The notes under the pieces are model-generated. The model was given only the letters and a program-made list of their open reading frames with translations, had not been told where the DNA came from and did not search any database. Positions 1 to 11,900 of a stretch of 64,000 bases of DNA are shown one piece after another. Position numbers and translations under genes: made by a program. The stretch is from positions 62,868,001 through 62,932,000 of the forward strand of contig CM075982.1 in NCBI GenBank assembly GCA_038087875.1, in the 5' to 3' direction. The stretch's first letter is position 1; the number at the start of each line of letters is the position of its first letter. The DNA is from Malacoraja senta (lineage: Eukaryota).

Positions 1-330
1 GGATTTAACCAGGGGGGGATAGGATGGAGTCGAGGTATGTAGAAATAAGTTCGGTGGGACACGAATAGGCAGAAACAATGGGTCTGCCAGGACAGTCAAG
101 TTTGTGGATTTTGGGGAGAAGGTAAAATCGGGCCGTGCGGGACTGGGAACGATGAGGATGGAGGCTTGGGAGGGCAGGGAGCCGGAAGTGATAAAGTCAG
201 TGATAGTGCTAGAGATAGTGGCCTGGTGCTCGTCTGTGGGGTCATGGTTGGCGAGTGGCCTCAGCCTTGTAGAGATCAGCGTGCCAGTTCTAATTAAATA
301 GTCAGCAGAATTTAAAAGTTAAGGAGATCG
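1..330 (-). mobile_element. Penelope-like retroelement RT fragment (truncated at window edge)
   Basis: Reverse complement of 1-140 reads [41 protein letters not shown], the FYxLPKIHK..PGRPIVS signature of PLE reverse transcriptases. Right boundary approximate. Confidence 0.75.
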
Positions 331-384
331 AAAGGAGGTGAAGCTACGTTAGTAAAGATGATGGGCTAGAAGTTCATTGTGTAA

Positions 385-1179
385 TGCAGAAGTTGTCTTA
401 CACAGATTACATTATTCCAAAATAAAACTAAATAGAATTTTCCCACATATTTCTCCTATATGTGATAAATGCCTGCATCTAGAGGCCAATTTAACACATA
501 CCTTTGCAAATTGTATAAAAATTAAAAATTACTGGACTGATATTTTTCAAATAAACTCCGAAGTTGTTAATACCAAACTAGCTCCAGACTCAAAATTAAT
601 AATACTTGGGATATCAGAACAAAGTTTAACACTCACAACAAGCCAAAGAAACTTCCTTGACTACATTATAATAACAGGGAAAAAATTAATATTAAAATTC
701 TGGAAAGGCCCTACAACCCCCACAATTAAAATGTGGATTGTGGAAATGTCAGAGACCCTACATCTAGAAAGAATTAGACTCGTCTTAATGGACAAGCAAG
801 AACTTTTTGTTAAAATATGGGCTCCATTCATTGCCTATTTGAAGGGATAGAGTGGCCCTGCGCGAAAGCCCGACTGAAGCTTGAACTAAGGATTAGATGT
901 AATTATATTTCATAACATACGAACTTATCTCCTATGACGTATTATAAGTTATTCATTCCACCTTTTTTTCTTTTTTGATATTGAAATTCTTCTTTCTTTC
1001 TCTTCTTCCTCTCTATTTTTCTTTTTCTATCTCTATAAAAAAAACACTGGAAGCAGAATTAACTGACAATTGACAAATTTAATAATGTATGAATGATTGA
1101 TGTATATGAAAAGTTTTTTCTTCGATTCTATTATAATATGTTACTCTACACTGTAATATGTTTGCTTCTAATAAAAAAA
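385..1179 (+). mobile_element. 5'-truncated L1-clade LINE (ORF2 Cys-rich C-terminus, 3'UTR, A-tail)
   Basis: ORF 377-850 has VLHRLHYS...CDKC-x7-H-x4-C...YW (L1 ORF2 C-terminal zinc motif) and ends KIWAPFIAYL*. A T-rich 3'UTR follows, ending AATAAAAAAA at 1170-1179. Confidence 0.75.
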
Positions 1180-1187
1180 TTATATCA

Positions 1188-1608
1188 CAGAGAAGAACGC
1201 GGCGGCCTCGAGGTGTGCGGAGAAGTCCTGAATGTGAGGCAGCGGATAGCGGACTGCCGTGGTTACCACGTTCAGGCGCTGGTAATCACCAACAGTCTCC
1301 ACCCCCCAGTTGCCTTCGGGACCATATGCAGCGGGGAGGCCCACGGGCTGTTGGACCGCCGGACAATCCCCATGTCCTCCATCAGTTGGAATTCATCCCG
1401 GGCGATGCGCAGTTTGTCCGGAGGGAGGCGGCATGCACCAGAGGGCCCTCAGTGGGGATGTGATGCACGACCCCGTGTTCAGGGGCCGCCTTGCTGAAAC
1501 GGGGTGAAGGAGCTCTGGAAAATCGGAGAGCAGGGCGGCATCCGGACCCATCGACCTCGGCGACGGCGTTGAGCTGCAGGACGGGTGGGGGTGGGATCCA
1601 CGGCGCAG
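1188..1608 (-). mobile_element. Gypsy/Ty3 pol (RT) fragment, degenerate, runs into gap
   Basis: Reverse strand reads RLPPDKLRIARDEFQLMEDMGIVRRSNSPWASPLHMVPKATGGWR..GDYQRLN..RYPLPHIQDFSAHL, the Gypsy RT N-terminus, with frameshifts. Confidence 0.8.
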
Positions 1609-1808
1609 NNNNNNNNNNNNNNNNNNNNNNNNNNNNNNNNNNNNNNNNNNNNNNNNNNNNNNNNNNNNNNNNNNNNNNNNNNNNNNNNNNNNNNNNNNNN
1701 NNNNNNNNNNNNNNNNNNNNNNNNNNNNNNNNNNNNNNNNNNNNNNNNNNNNNNNNNNNNNNNNNNNNNNNNNNNNNNNNNNNNNNNNNNNNNNNNNNNN
1801 NNNNNNNN
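1609..1808. other. Assembly gap (200 N)
   Basis: Run of exactly 200 N, probably a fixed-size scaffolding gap. Confidence 0.99.
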
Positions 1809-2564
1809 TTTTTATGACTGTTGAAACAATTATTAAAAAGAGACAGGACATGAAGTAAAGCTAGGCACGGCATAAATATTTGCCCTGATTAATTCAAATG
1901 GCGTCCCATGTGCACATTCAGCACAAACTTTCATTGTATAACATTCCTCTACCCAAGCAAAAGTGGTGCATTGCATTTTTGTCCTGTCAGATCATGTTTG
2001 TATAGTTACGCAATATTCTATATCATTAAAATAATATTACAATTTAGTGTTCGTAACTATGAGCCTACTCTTATATATATGCTCTCTAAACTAAAATGGT
2101 ATTGCCTGAAATCTAAAATGACTCAAATTATGAATGTGTGAATACAAATGTATACTTCATTTTTCTTGGTAAATTGTTCCTATTAATTACAAAGCTATAC
2201 AATTAATGTTTTTTATTTTTATTCTATAATTGTCAAGTAACTCTCCAAAGCTTTCTTCAAGAACAGAAATAATGGCATTTCCTTTGCCTCTTCACAACAG
2301 GCAAAGGAAATGCCATTATTTCCCCCCCCCCCAAAAAAAATTGGGAATGCTTTTCCAGATAGCTGTAGATGTATCTGTTTTAGTTTTATGAACATGGTGA
2401 GCCTCCCACCCTTGAAAGTACAATTGTGAGCCTTATTTATGTCTAGCCATATCATATGGATTCATCAGGGCTACACAAACCTGCCACTATGAGGCAAGCA
2501 AAATTAATGGCAGTAGATAGCAAGTGTTGTTTGTTGTTCTCTTTATGTGTCAGTACAAATAGCA

Positions 2565-2997
2565 ATAGAGTCATAGAGTGATACAGCATGAAATCAGCGC
2601 AACTTGTCTGCTGACCAGGTTTAATGAACTAGTCTAATTTGTCTGTGTTTTAACCCTTTTCCCACTATACCTTTTCGATTCATGTACCTGTTTAAATACT
2701 TTTAATCATCACCATTGCACCCTTCCCCTGGCAGCTCGTTCCACTCCCCCTTGCATGAAGAAATTGTCCCTCATATGCCTTCTAGTTCTGGACTCCTCTA
2801 TGCTGGCATAAAAACTATGACCAATCACTCTATTTGTGTCTCTCATTATGTATAACTCTTTAAGGTCAACCATCAGCCCCCAATGCCCCAGGGAAAAAAG
2901 TCCCAGCCTATCCAGCCTCTCCTTATAATGTAAGCTCTCATACCCTAGCAACATCCTGGTGAATCTTTTCTGTATGGTTTCCAGCTTAGTGACATCA
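2565..2997 (-). mobile_element. CR1 LINE 3' fragment, degenerate
   Basis: Minus ORF 2709-3008 contains LETIQKRFTRML...YKERLDRLGLFSL, the CR1 ORF2 C-terminus. Tail-like ATAGAGTCATAGAGT at the left end. Confidence 0.75.
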
Positions 2998-3424
2998 AAT
3001 GTTAGCACTCAGCACCTCAATGAAGCCTTCAATCTATCCATACTCAATCTTGGTCATGATTGGAAACCTATCTGTGTAATTGAGAGAACTGCACAAATCT
3101 AAATAGCAGCAAATATTTCAGATTCATCGCTGAAGTAGATGAAATCTTTAATCACTTTGGGCTGACATTTTTTTTAACCACACTGCCTGACAAATGTAAA
3201 GAAAAATTCTCATGAAACCATGAATCAATGGCATGGTGGACCATCTGCAGCTGATTTAACCAACAGTAGATAGGTCTGTAAAAGTACGTTATCGAGTGAA
3301 ATATTTTAAACTCTTCAACTCTTACATGCTTCAATTTATTAGTACTAAATTCAGGGAAGAACTGCTTTAAATTATATGAATAAATTGTCTACGCTATTGT
3401 ACTATTTTGGCTTCTAATTTTGTA

Positions 3425-3737
3425 GGTTAGATTCATATAAACATGGGAAGGTACAGCATGCACAGGCACACTTAGTCCATGCCTACCATCAAGAACCCAT
3501 TTTTACAGTATTCCTGCATTAACCCCTTTTACTCTCCACATGTTCTCATTAACTTACCTCCACTGCATCCCAATTCTCTAACTTATCTACACATTCGGGG
3601 GAATTCAAAGTGTCCAATTAACACAGTTTTGGAATGTGGGAGGAAACCAGAGTTCCTGGAGAAAACCTACAAAGTCATAGGGTGTTTCTCCACACAGACA
3701 GCACTGGAGGTCAGGATTGTTGGTGCTGTGAGCAGGA
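3425..3737 (-). mobile_element. V-SINE (HE1-like tRNA-derived SINE), degenerate
   Basis: Contains TTTGGAATGTGGGAGGAAACCAGAG...CTCCACACAGACAGCAC..GAGGTCAGGATTG, the reverse of the V-domain/tRNA head of elasmobranch SINEs. Similar pieces at ~14119-14168, ~19250-19375 and ~41300-41560. Confidence 0.6.
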
Positions 3738-3949
3738 GCTCACATTATAGAGAAAATCCCAAAATGTTGTTTTTTGATGGATTTGGTTTTGCATTCCAAC
3801 ATATTTTCTGTGGATGTTATCTTAATTAAACTCCTTGATTATTAAATTATCTCTTTGTTATGTATGCAGTAAATATATGGCTACTTTGGTTTATGCTTAT
3901 ACTTTTTATCATGTCATAACTTAGCTAACTGGAAAAGGGTGCAGTCATA

Positions 3950-4119
3950 GTGTTAAAGAAGGAACTGCAGATGCTGGAAAATCGAAGGTACACAAAAATG
4001 CTGGAGAAACTCAGCGGTGCAGCAGTCTGAAGAAGGGTTTCGGCCCGAAACGTTACCTATTTCCTTCGCTCCATAGATGCTGCTGCACCCGCTGAGTTTC
4101 TCCAGCATTTTTGTGTACC
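3950..4119. mobile_element. Short palindromic Penelope-derived element with hammerhead-ribozyme core; 15-bp TSD
   Basis: TSD AAGGGTGCAGTCATA at 3935-3949 and 4120-4134. Inverted arms GGTACACAAAAATGCTGGAGAAACTCAGCGG / CCGCTGAGTTTCTCCAGCATTTTTGTGTACC. CTGAAGA-AGGGTTTCGGCCC-GAAAC at 4027-4051. Confidence 0.75.
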
Positions 4120-4558
4120 AAGGGTGCAGTCATATTTCATTTCAAATTTGAAAATATGGTTTATTTTAGTCATAGTGCTATGCAGCATAGAAACAGGCCC
4201 TTCGGCCCAACTCATCCATACTCATCCAGGTTGCAAGTTTTCTTCTACTTATAGTGCAAAATAATTAAATTATATTGTTCATCTTCAATGTTGTCATTAT
4301 CATACTCTAGAAATGCATTTTAAATTAATATTTTGTTATTCAAATTTATATTTCTTGGTTTCTTCTTGGTTTCTTGGTCCTCCAAAATATTCCAAATGGA
4401 ATTTGAACTGGAGGTGGTGGAGGGAGGACTTAAGCCAGAAAGGGTTTTGGGAAGAAAGAGCAACCTTAAATTTAGTTGCATTTACTTTAGTATAATTTCA
4501 AAAGATACCTTAGGTGGAAGTGAGGTTATAGGTTTTAAAAACTTTGAAATTACATTAA

Positions 4559-4753
<195 letters not shown>

Positions 4754-5172
4754 TAATCAGTAATGCGTAATAAATACTTTGGATTCCCACCTAATAGATT
4801 AACTACAACATCAGTAAAATACCAATTCTAATTTAGAAGATCACTCGCCTAATTGGGTTTTATTAATATTTTCATTCAAACTGTTTCATCAAACAGAACA
4901 TAGTTTTAGTTCTGTTTTTGATCAACCTCAACCACCCAGAATCGGAAGTGACTTAGTCAAAGGAGAACTTGTGGTTGAATTGTATAGTATATGTATGTGA
5001 ATAGTGTAATTCTAAATAGGAATGGAAGAATGCTGTTGTATATTTTTCTGAGTGCTTACAAGTAATTTATTTTCTAGTCTTGTTAAGGTTATCACACACT
5101 GGAACCCCTCCAATGCATTCATGATCATGAATACCAAAAATGATAGTTGTCTTGGATCGGTTTTACAAATGA

Positions 5173-6640
5173 CTAGACTAAGTGGGCCCCGCTGGGTCCC
5201 TGTCACATAGGAGGCCTGGTCCCCCAACCCGTTCCCCAATGCAATATTCCACCACTCACCCATTCCCCAAATGCAACCCATCCCCCCAACGCGATATTGC
5301 ACCACTTACGCATAGTCCCCAACTGCGCAGGCACGGCTCATTTCACCTCATCCCCCAGCACTCCCTCCCCCTCCTCTTCACCCTCCTTCTTTCCCCTCTC
5401 CTCCTCCCCAACTCTCTCCCTCACCTCTACCTCCCTCTCCTTTCCCCTACCCTCAGTCACTCCCTCGCTCCCTCCATAACTACTCCTCTCCCTACCCTCC
5501 TATCCCTTTATCCCCCACTCCTCACCTCCCCCTATCCCCCCCACTATCCCTACTGACCTCCACCACTGCCCTCCTCTCCCTCTATTCCACACTCCCTACC
5601 TCCCCCCACCCCCCTCCCTCTATACCCTCTCCTCCCCCACTCTCCTCACCTCCCCCACTTTCCCCCCTCCCTCCCTACCTCTTCCTCTCCCTCAATCCCC
5701 CCACTCTTCCTCCTCACCTCCCCAGGATATTTCCCCTCTCCCCCTCCCCTCCCCTCCCCAATCCCTCCCTCACCTCTCCCTCCCTCTCCTTTCCCCTACC
5801 CTCAGTCACACCCTCCCTCCCTGTGTGTGTCTGTGTGTGAGTTATTCCGTGCAAACAGCTCGGCCACCCTGCAACCTGATTCTCCCTCCCTCGGTCCACC
5901 CCAGCTCAGCCGCCGCTTGGCCCGTCCCCGTCCTGTCCGATCGCCCGCTGCTGCCACTCGGCTCATCCCAGCCCTGCCTGCCTGCTTGCTGCCGCCGCCG
6001 CCGGGCCGAGGGTGGGGGGGGGGGGGGGATGGAGTCGGCATTTGTCACGGTGGGCAACACGAGTTTGATGAGCTGGTGGAGAAGATCTCCGAGAAGTCCG
6101 TGAGGGTGAATTGCTGCAACGGCGGAGACGGACCCGGGGGGATGGGTAGGCGGGACCGCTATTGCCGCAGAGGGCGGAAGGGGGAGAGGGGTGAGTGATG
6201 AGGGAGAGAGAGATGGGACCAGGGCCTCCACTGGGCCGCCACCGGTGATGGGTGAGATGATAGACAAGTTATTGTGAGGAGGGGAGAGAGGAGTTTGTAA
6301 GTGCAGGAGTTTGGAAAAGTAAGGAGTTTGGACAGGCCACCGCCAGTGGGACAGGAAGGGCCGTCGACATCCCGGCCGTGGCATTTTCTGACAGGAGAAG
6401 AGACCAATCTGCGTGGCGCTGACTGAAGGAATCTGCGCACGCGCGGTTTTTAAGATTTTTAAACCTCGATAACTTTTACAATATACCACTGATCGGAACG
6501 AATCTTGTTGCACTCGCAGCACAGGAGAACGGTGAATAACCTGGCGAAAAATCGTAGCGCTATCGTGCACCATTTTTGCGCGAATAGAAAAACTCCGCAA
6601 AGCGGAAGAGCACAAGATCAGAGTTTTAGTTATGTATAGA
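5173..6640 (-). mobile_element. Non-autonomous Helitron (1468 bp) carrying captured host sequence
   Basis: On the minus strand it starts A^TCTATACATAACTAAAACTCTG (6640) and ends with the imperfect GC hairpin GGGACCCAGCGGGGCCC (5200-5184) followed by ACTTAGTCTAG^T (CTAG 5173-5176). AT target, no TSD, no Rep/Hel ORF. GC-rich interior against AT-rich flanks. Confidence 0.8.
6029..6105 (+). pseudogene. ALG13: ALG13 exon 1-like fragment inside the Helitron (frameshifted)
   Basis: ATG 6029 gives MESAFVTVGNTS, then after a 1-nt frameshift (F)DELVEKISEKSVR, then |GTGAAT. Compare the ALG13 N-terminus MKCVFVTVGTTSFDDLIACVS. A donor GT sits at about the expected end of exon 1. Confidence 0.72.
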
Positions 6641-6831
6641 TTACAGCACAGAAGCAGGTCATTTGGTACAAAAGACTCCATGTGAGCTTCCTTCCACTGA
6701 TTTCTTATAACCCCATTAGCATAATTTCTATTCTCTATTAATTGTGTTTTTCCTGACTACCTCTTATCCACAATTCTTCTGCTCACTGTGTCCTAAGGGG
6801 GTAAGTTTGGCACTTTATCCAATGTCTAGTT

Positions 6832-7500
6832 CAAGAAGCCGCTGTGTGGAGTTGGGACAGCCGCTGTGTGGAGTCGGGAAAGCCGCTGTGTGGAGTCGGG
6901 TAAACCGCTGTGTGGAGTCGGGTAAACCGCTGTGTGGAGTCGGGACTTGCTGTGTGGTGCCGCGGCCGGTGGCCGCTGAGTGGAGTCTTTGCCCCCCACA
7001 CATCCTCCAGACACACACACCCTTCCCCCCTCCCTCCTTCCCTCCCTTCCCCCTCCCTCCTTCCCCCCCTTCCTCCCCACACCCCCCCCTCACACCCCAC
7101 TTTACCCCTCCCCGTTCCTCGCCCCTTCACCCTACCCTCCACACACCACCCCACCACCCACTCCACCGCCTCCCCCCCCCACACGACCCCTCCCCCCTCA
7201 CCACCCCTCCCCCCGACACCACCCCTCCCCCCGACCACACCACCCCACCCCCACCTCCTTTGGGTTGGGGGAAGGGGGGAACGGGGAGGGGTAAAGGGAG
7301 TGTGTGGGGGGGAGGGGGATGTGTGGGGGAGGAGGGAGAGGGTGGGAAGGAGTGAGGGGGAAGGGGATAGGGGGGTGTGTAGGGAGGAGAGGGAAGGGGG
7401 GGTGGGGAGGGGTGGGAGGGAGGGACTCCACTCAACGACCACCGGCAGCCGCACCACACAGCACCTCCCGACTCCACACAGTGGCTTACCCGGCTTCTTG
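6832..7500. mobile_element. Foldback/MITE-like element, near-fully palindromic, with subterminal 22-bp repeats
   Basis: Ends CAAGAAGCCG...CGGCTTCTTG. The left arm GCTGTGTGGAGTCGGGA..TGCTGTGTGGTGCCGCGGCCGGTGGCCGCTGAGTGGAGTC is mirrored at 7424-7483. A C-rich tract (~6990-7258) faces a G-rich tract (~7261-7423). TT on both flanks. Confidence 0.65.
6839..6948 (+). repeat. Tandem repeat, 5 x 22 bp (CCGCTGTGTGGAGTCGGGTAAA)
   Basis: Units start at 6839, 6861, 6883, 6905 and 6927, with a partial sixth unit. Confidence 0.95.
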
Positions 7501-8679
7501 TTGGTTATGACCTCTCAGTTCTGATAGTATCATTCTAGTGTTATTTTTGCACCTTTTCCAGCACTTCCAGGTACTTATCCCGATATGAAGACCAGGACCG
7601 TCATGGTGAAGAACAAACGCTGTCCTTGGTTACCCTCTAATTTATTTCATACTGCCATTTTGAATCTGTTTTAATTTGAACCAAACTATCCCCAACATCT
7701 CAGTATCTTTGTTAACTGTAGCTGAGCTAACAATCCTATATTCTATCCATTTAAAAAATATCTACTGCTACCTCTGCAATGTTAACCATCTGTTGCTGCT
7801 TCAACTAATCTGCTTTTGAAACAATAATGCATTATCTACTTGCATTGTTTGTAGGCCAGTCTCTCATTTTCAGATGGAGACACGAAACTGCAGATGCTGG
7901 AATCTGGAGCAGCATCTCTAGAACTTTGCGAGTCAGGCATCATCTTTGGAGGGAAGGACTGTGTTTTGGGTCGGACCCTTCATCTGGATTGAAATAGTAG
8001 AGGAGATATAGCCCATGTAAAGAAGTGAGGGAATTAGATGGGCAAGAAAATGATGGTGGCTCCAGATGTTAAGGTGTTTCTGGTGTATGGAGTCAGATGG
8101 AGGAGGAAAGGACGGAAATAGCATGGGAGGCTACTCTCATAGAAACATAGAAAATTGGTGCAGGATGAGGCCATTTGGCCCTTCGAACCAGCACCGCCAT
8201 TCATTGTGATCATGGCTGATCATCCACAATCAGTAACCCGTGCCTGCCTTCTCCCCATATTCCTTGATTCCGCCTGCCCCTAGAGCTCTATCTAACTCTC
8301 TTTTAAATTCATCCAGTGAATTGGCCTCTACTGCCTTCTGTGGCAGAGAATTCCACAAATTCACAATTCTCGGGGTGAAAAAGTTCTTCCTCATCTCAGT
8401 TTTAAATGGCCTCCCCTTTATTCTTAGACTGTGGGCCCTGGTTCTGGACTCCCCCAACATTGGGAAATTTTTCCTGCATCTAGCTTGTCCAGTCCTTTTA
8501 TAATTTTATATGTTTCTATAAGATTCCCTCTCATCCTTCTAAATTCCAGTGAATACAAGCCCAGTCTTTCCAATCTTTCCTCATATGACAGTCCTGCCAT
8601 CCCAGGGATGAACCTCGTGAACCTACGCTGCACTGCCTCAATAGCAAGGATGTCCTTCCTCAAATTAAGAGACCAAAAC

Positions 8680-8882
8680 TGTAGATGAGATATGCATGTG
8701 CCTTTCACATAGTGACCTCACACCCACTAACCACTCCCCATATCACAAGTATAACTACAACCTCCACACCCACAGATCGCTCTCTAGTTCCTGTGACAGA
8801 CCACGTACAGCTAGTGCAATGTATAATGTCCAGTATGAATAAAGATAGTAAAGTAACGATGTCTCAATATCAATCCTTTACA
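8680..8882 (+). repeat. 5' LTR (203 bp)
   Basis: TGTAGATGAG...CCTTTACA; AATAAA at 8838-8843. Confidence 0.96.
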
Positions 8883-8975
8883 TGGTGTCAAATAACTTAC
8901 CTTGCGCCTCCCGTTTATCGGTTTATCATTTAATTTTGACCCAGTTTTTTGGTTTCCCCCCCTAACTGTTTTGTT

Positions 8976-11900
8976 ATGGCCTCTTCTGCCCGTAAGCCCG
9001 ATGCGCTCGTTTTCGATTTCGACATCGCCCTTCGATGGGACATATTCAAACGCGACTTTGAACACTATTTCACGATTGCCCATCCTGGCGCCACCGACGC
9101 TCTCAAAGCCTCGCTGCTTCTCAACTTGGCTGGTCCCAACGCCTTGACTCGCTCGGACTTCTTCGTCTACGCTCCTGGAGAATCAGCTCGGGACCCGGCA
9201 TGTCTGTTGGCTAAGTTTGACGCTATTTGTGACATTCCTACTAATTGCATTTTAGAACGTTTTAAACTGTTCGCGCGGCGTCAGCTCCCTGGGGAATCGG
9301 CTGAGAACTATGTCATTGCGCTGCGGGACCTGGGCAGGCGCTGCCGCCTCGAGACGTGGACCCCCGATAATGTCATCAGGGACCTACTGGTTTACGGTCT
9401 CCGTGATGAGAAGCTCAGGTCCGAACTACTTCGCAAGCCGGATCTGACCTTGGCCGATGCAATGCACGCTACTCGCTTAGCCGACGCTGTTTCCGCGGCG
9501 GCGCCGCCGGCTGAACAGGCGATCAACTTTGCCAGCACTCCTAGCTATCCCATGAACGCACCCCAGTCGCGACCCCCGGTGTCGCTCGCTGCTCGAGGGG
9601 GACGCGCCCCGAGGTTCGGTGGTGCCACAAGGGGAGACACCCAGCAAAGGTGCCCTAATTGCAACTTCACATCTCATCAGTTCAATGTGTGCCCTGCGCT
9701 GGGAAAGTACTGCAACTCCTGTAATAAGTTGAACCATTTTGCTGCAGCCTGTCGTTCCCGTGGGAAGCCTGTCGCTGCTCGAAGGCAAAATTTAAACAAC
9801 CTTCTACAGTCGGATAATGATCTCAGCTCCCAGCACTATTCCGATGAACATTCTGTTCCTACATCCAACTCCTCTCAGGCAGAAACCAGCTTGTTTACCG
9901 TGGTGAACGCACCTGCTATGATAACGGATCCTTCTGTGCAAGTCACTGTGAACAACTCGACCTTCACGGCCAAAATCGACACTGGGGCGGTTACCAATGT
10001 TATGTCAACATCTCTTTTCAACCAGATAAGGACTAATGAGAAGATATTTTCTCAGAGCTCAAACCTGCATGCCTACGGTGGGGAGATCCTTACTCCTGTG
10101 GGCAAGGCCACACTACACTGTAAGATACTGAAGGCCACTCGGCCCCTCACCTTCTTTCTCCTCAATCGAAGTTGCGTTCCCCTGCTGGGGATCCAGGCAT
10201 GCCAGGAAATGGGACTGGTGTCCTTCCACCGGGACATCCACCACGTGCGGGCTCTTATGGACCCGCTGGCCGAGTATCCTGACCGCTTTGATGATAAGCT
10301 AGGCAAACTACCCTGCAGCTACAAGATTGAAGTGGACCATAAGATCGTTCCTGTGGTCCATGCTCCTCACCGTATTTCCTTCGCCATGAGGGACAAAGTG
10401 GAGGCGACCCTACACAGTATGGTACAAATGGGCGTCCTAAAGGCGGTCGTCGAGCCCACCAGCTGGGTCTCTTCCATGGTTGTTGCTGCTAAAAAGGACA
10501 TGAGTGAGATACGCATCTGCATCAACCCCAGAGACCTCAACCTGGCCATTCGGCGCCCTCACTACCCTATGAGAACGGTGGAAGACGTCGCTGCACGGGT
10601 TGGTCCAGCAACGGTCTTTTCGGTCCTCGATGCCAAGAGTTCATTCTGGCAGATACCACTGGACGAGCGGTCGTCCATTTTGACAACCTTCGCCACCCCC
10701 TACGGGAGGTTTCGGTTCCTCCGAATGCCCTTCGGAATCAACTCTGCCAGCGAGGTATTCCAGCGAACCATGGAACAGTTGTTTTCAGATCTGCCTTGCG
10801 CCATAATTGTTGACGACATCCTCGTTTACGGTAAGGATGTTGCCGAACACGATGTCAACCTCCGCCTGATCCTGGACCGGGCCAGGCAAATCAACTTGAA
10901 ACTGAACCCCAAGAAGTGCCGATTCCGCGTCTCGGAGGTCACCTATGTTGGACACGTATTCACCGCTGAGGGGCTGAAGCCTGACCCGCAGAAAACGACT
11001 GCCATCTCAGGGATGCCTCCTACTAACGTGGCAGGCCTGCAACGCTTTCTCGGCTTGGTAAACTACCTGGGGAAGTTCATCCCCGACCTAAGCGAGCTCA
11101 GCGCTCCCCTGAGGGATCTGATCAAAAAGGACACTTCCTGGCTTTGGTTACCCAATCATCAGAAGGCATTTGACATTCTTAAGTCTAAACTGATCAGCAC
11201 ACCCACGCTCAAGTTCTTTGACCTGCGGCATCCCATTGTCCTCACCTGCGACGCCTCTCAATTCGGACTCGGTGCCGCCTGCCTCCAGGTCCATGACGGC
11301 CTGCAGATGCCTGTCTCATTCGCGTCCCGCACCATGACCGCCACCGAACAGCACTACGCGCAGATTGAGAAGGAGCTACTGGCCGTGCTGTTTGCCTGCT
11401 CCAAATTCCGGGACTACATCGTGGGCAACACTTTCACCGTTGAAACTGACCATCAACCACTTGTTACCATCCTCAACAAACCGATCCATGTGGCCTCATC
11501 ACGTCTGCAGCGCATGCTGCTGCAGCTCCAGCGTTTCACGTTCACGGTGGTTTATCGTAAGGGGAAGGACATGTTCGTAGCCGACACGTTGTCTCGCGCC
11601 CCGCTGACGTCCACTGCTCGCCACCAATACGAAACGTCCGAGTTACTAGTACTACGATTGAACTTCGTCCCCTCGCCACAGATGAAATCCCTGGTTGAAC
11701 ACACTACTAACGACCCTGCCCTGCAACAGCTGTCTGCCGTCATCCGGCAGGGCTGGCCTGACTGTCGCTCGGCACTGCCGGCTGGAGCCGTGCCCTACTT
11801 CCTGATTCGGGACGAGCTCGTATTGCACGACGGCGTGGCGGTGAAGGGTCACAAAGTGGTCGTGCCCGCGGCACTGCACGACCACTATTTTCAGGTCGCA

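Noticed and set aside
1382-1873. ORFs spanning X runs
   Set aside because: Artefacts of translating the 200-N gap.
6839-6948. CRISPR-like repeat array
   Set aside because: The 22-bp units are contiguous with no unique spacers, there are no cas genes, and the context is vertebrate.
5182-7524. Many long Pro/Gly-rich ORFs on both strands (e.g. 5842-6681, 6744-7355, 6831-7457)
   Set aside because: Stop-free by composition in C-rich/G-rich low-complexity TE interiors; no recognisable protein apart from the ALG13-like fragment.
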